Shown here: positions 62,571 through 64,000 of the stretch, one piece after another
How the letters are laid out: each line of letters begins with the position of its first letter
Numbering within the stretch: the stretch's first letter is position 1
Origin: Octopus bimaculoides
Taxonomy: Eukaryota
Assembly: GCF_001194135.2 (NCBI RefSeq)
Contig: NC_068984.1
Span: 43,751,731-43,815,730 of the forward strand
Length of the DNA stretch: 64,000 nt
Direction of reading: 5' to 3'
The notes under the pieces: model-generated
What the model saw: the letters and a program-made list of their open reading frames with translations, nothing else
Databases searched by the model: none
What the model was told of the DNA's origin: nothing
Made by a program: the position numbers and the translations under genes

Positions 62571-63299
62571 CTTCTTTGTGACCTCTCAAATCCCTGAAAG
62601 GAATGCACTACTACAAGGGTTAAGAAATACTAAACTAAGCAGTTAGTGTGAATTTAACATAGATGGGGTATACGTATTCCTACCTTTATTGTATTTGAAA
62701 TTCACTTCAATTTATAATAAAGTGAAAATATTCTCATTGTTTGGAGAATATGTTACTTACGTGAGCGTCTTAACATAGGCCACTGTGATATGAATTATGT
62801 TTGGAAACGTAATTGTTCTAATTCACACACGACGATAAATATGATTAGCAACCTGCTGTGAAGTCGCTGTGTAGGTAGACCTAGTAAAAATGAAACCAAT
62901 GGGTTCCAAAAAAAAAACAAAAAAAACTCAGATTATGTTTAGTGAGTTTACTTAACGTAAATTGTGCTTAACATATTTCAACTGCGATGTTCTGGCTGTT
63001 TATTTTAATGGTGTGATTGTTGTAACGTAAGTCACTGCGTGATTTCAATTAGAATCTACTACGAAATCACTAAAATCGGAATTACTTCCACCAGCTTTTC
63101 TTTCTGTCAAGACTAATCTCTTAACTGTTTCCAGAAGTGTTCGTTATTTCTAGAGTTCATTTTACTTTCTTATCTGATGGTCTGAAGTATAAGTAAGTAT
63201 GTGTGAAATATTCTGGGGATCTTTGAATAAAGATAAGGTGCTTAATTTGTTATTTGAAACAGGGTAGAGACCTCTCCCATATGGTCGCCAAGGAGACAG

Positions 63300-63395
63300 T
63301 CCCCATAAGGTTGCCCAACCTGCTAGAAACAGCTGCCAAATATCCACCAAATCATTCCAATTGTCATGAAGATTAAGGACACATTGGATAATGTA
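63300..63395 (+). repeat. Short dispersed repeat (GCTAGAAA.AGC.GCCAAAT.T...CAAATC)
   Basis: Diverged copy on the minus strand at ~28765-28812; weaker matches at ~30584 and ~47190. Confidence 0.4.
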
Positions 63396-63814
63396 TTATT
63401 GGATAAACAATCTGTGAAAAAAAAATGAGACGATCACGGCTGGAACGTTTTGTTTAACTGTATGCTTTAGCAAGAATGACCTCCAACTAAACAAACAACA
63501 ACAGCTACAGTAAAATGCGGATGACTTTAAAAAGAAATTTAAGTCATGGAGGAAATGTTTGTACAAATTATGATTTCTACCATAAAACATAGAAACATTA
63601 ATAACTGTGATCAGAGGGGGGAAAAAGAGAAAAGAAAAAGAAAACGTAAACAGTAAGGTCTACAAACTAAGATTCGGGCTAGACAGTTAACACATATCTT
63701 AGTGTCTCGTGAAGTATTTGTAGGTGTACTCTTTATCTTCAACGTGATATGTGATTTGGTTGAGTTATAAACGTTTCAAATTTTTGGTACGATGCCAGCA
63801 ATTTTTAAAAGAGA

Positions 63815-63925
63815 GACATCGACTGTAGTACTTTACTGGTACTTTATTTTATCAGTCCCGAATAGATGAAAGAAAAAGTTGACCCTTGCAGGGTTTGAAC
63901 TCAGAATGTAAAGAGCCGGAATCCC
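63815..63925 (-). mobile_element. SINE-A fragment
   Basis: ACTGGTACTTTATTTTATCAG.CCCGAATAGATGAAAG.AAAAGTTGACC..GGGTTTGAACTCAGAATGTAAAG. Confidence 0.8.
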
Positions 63926-64000
63926 TTTGATTTTGGTAAATTATTCTATTCTCAGCTTCTTTCCGCAATGATCCAAAAAGTCACACTATTAAAATAAACA

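Overview
AT-rich eukaryotic non-coding DNA with 12 N-gaps and very dense microsatellites. From the SINE families and repeat profile I infer an octopod cephalopod (Octopus-like). I find no intact host protein-coding gene, rRNA, true tRNA or CRISPR array, and the ORF track is mostly microsatellite or gap noise. The recognisable coding remnants are all decayed transposons: about 9 fragments of R4/Dong-clade non-LTR retrotransposons (RT plus restriction-like endonuclease, all on + and tied to (AAT)n tracts), an RTE-clade RT relic, a Tc1 5' end and a DD37D (maT) transposase 3' end. There are also about 25 copies of at least five SINE-like families. The most interesting signal is RNA-level: several unrelated short repeats carry type I minimal hammerhead-ribozyme motifs. 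One has a complete catalytic core (25456-25496), two are near-intact (28366-28403, 51122-51183), two share an A6U core variant (27417-27453 minus, 38016-38052), and there are degenerate copies. Several sit next to or inside long inverted repeats and (TA)n tracts. This fits Penelope-like terminal repeats or retrozyme-type elements, a class already known in animals, although the families and variants here may be undescribed. All folds and translations were done by eye and element boundaries are approximate.
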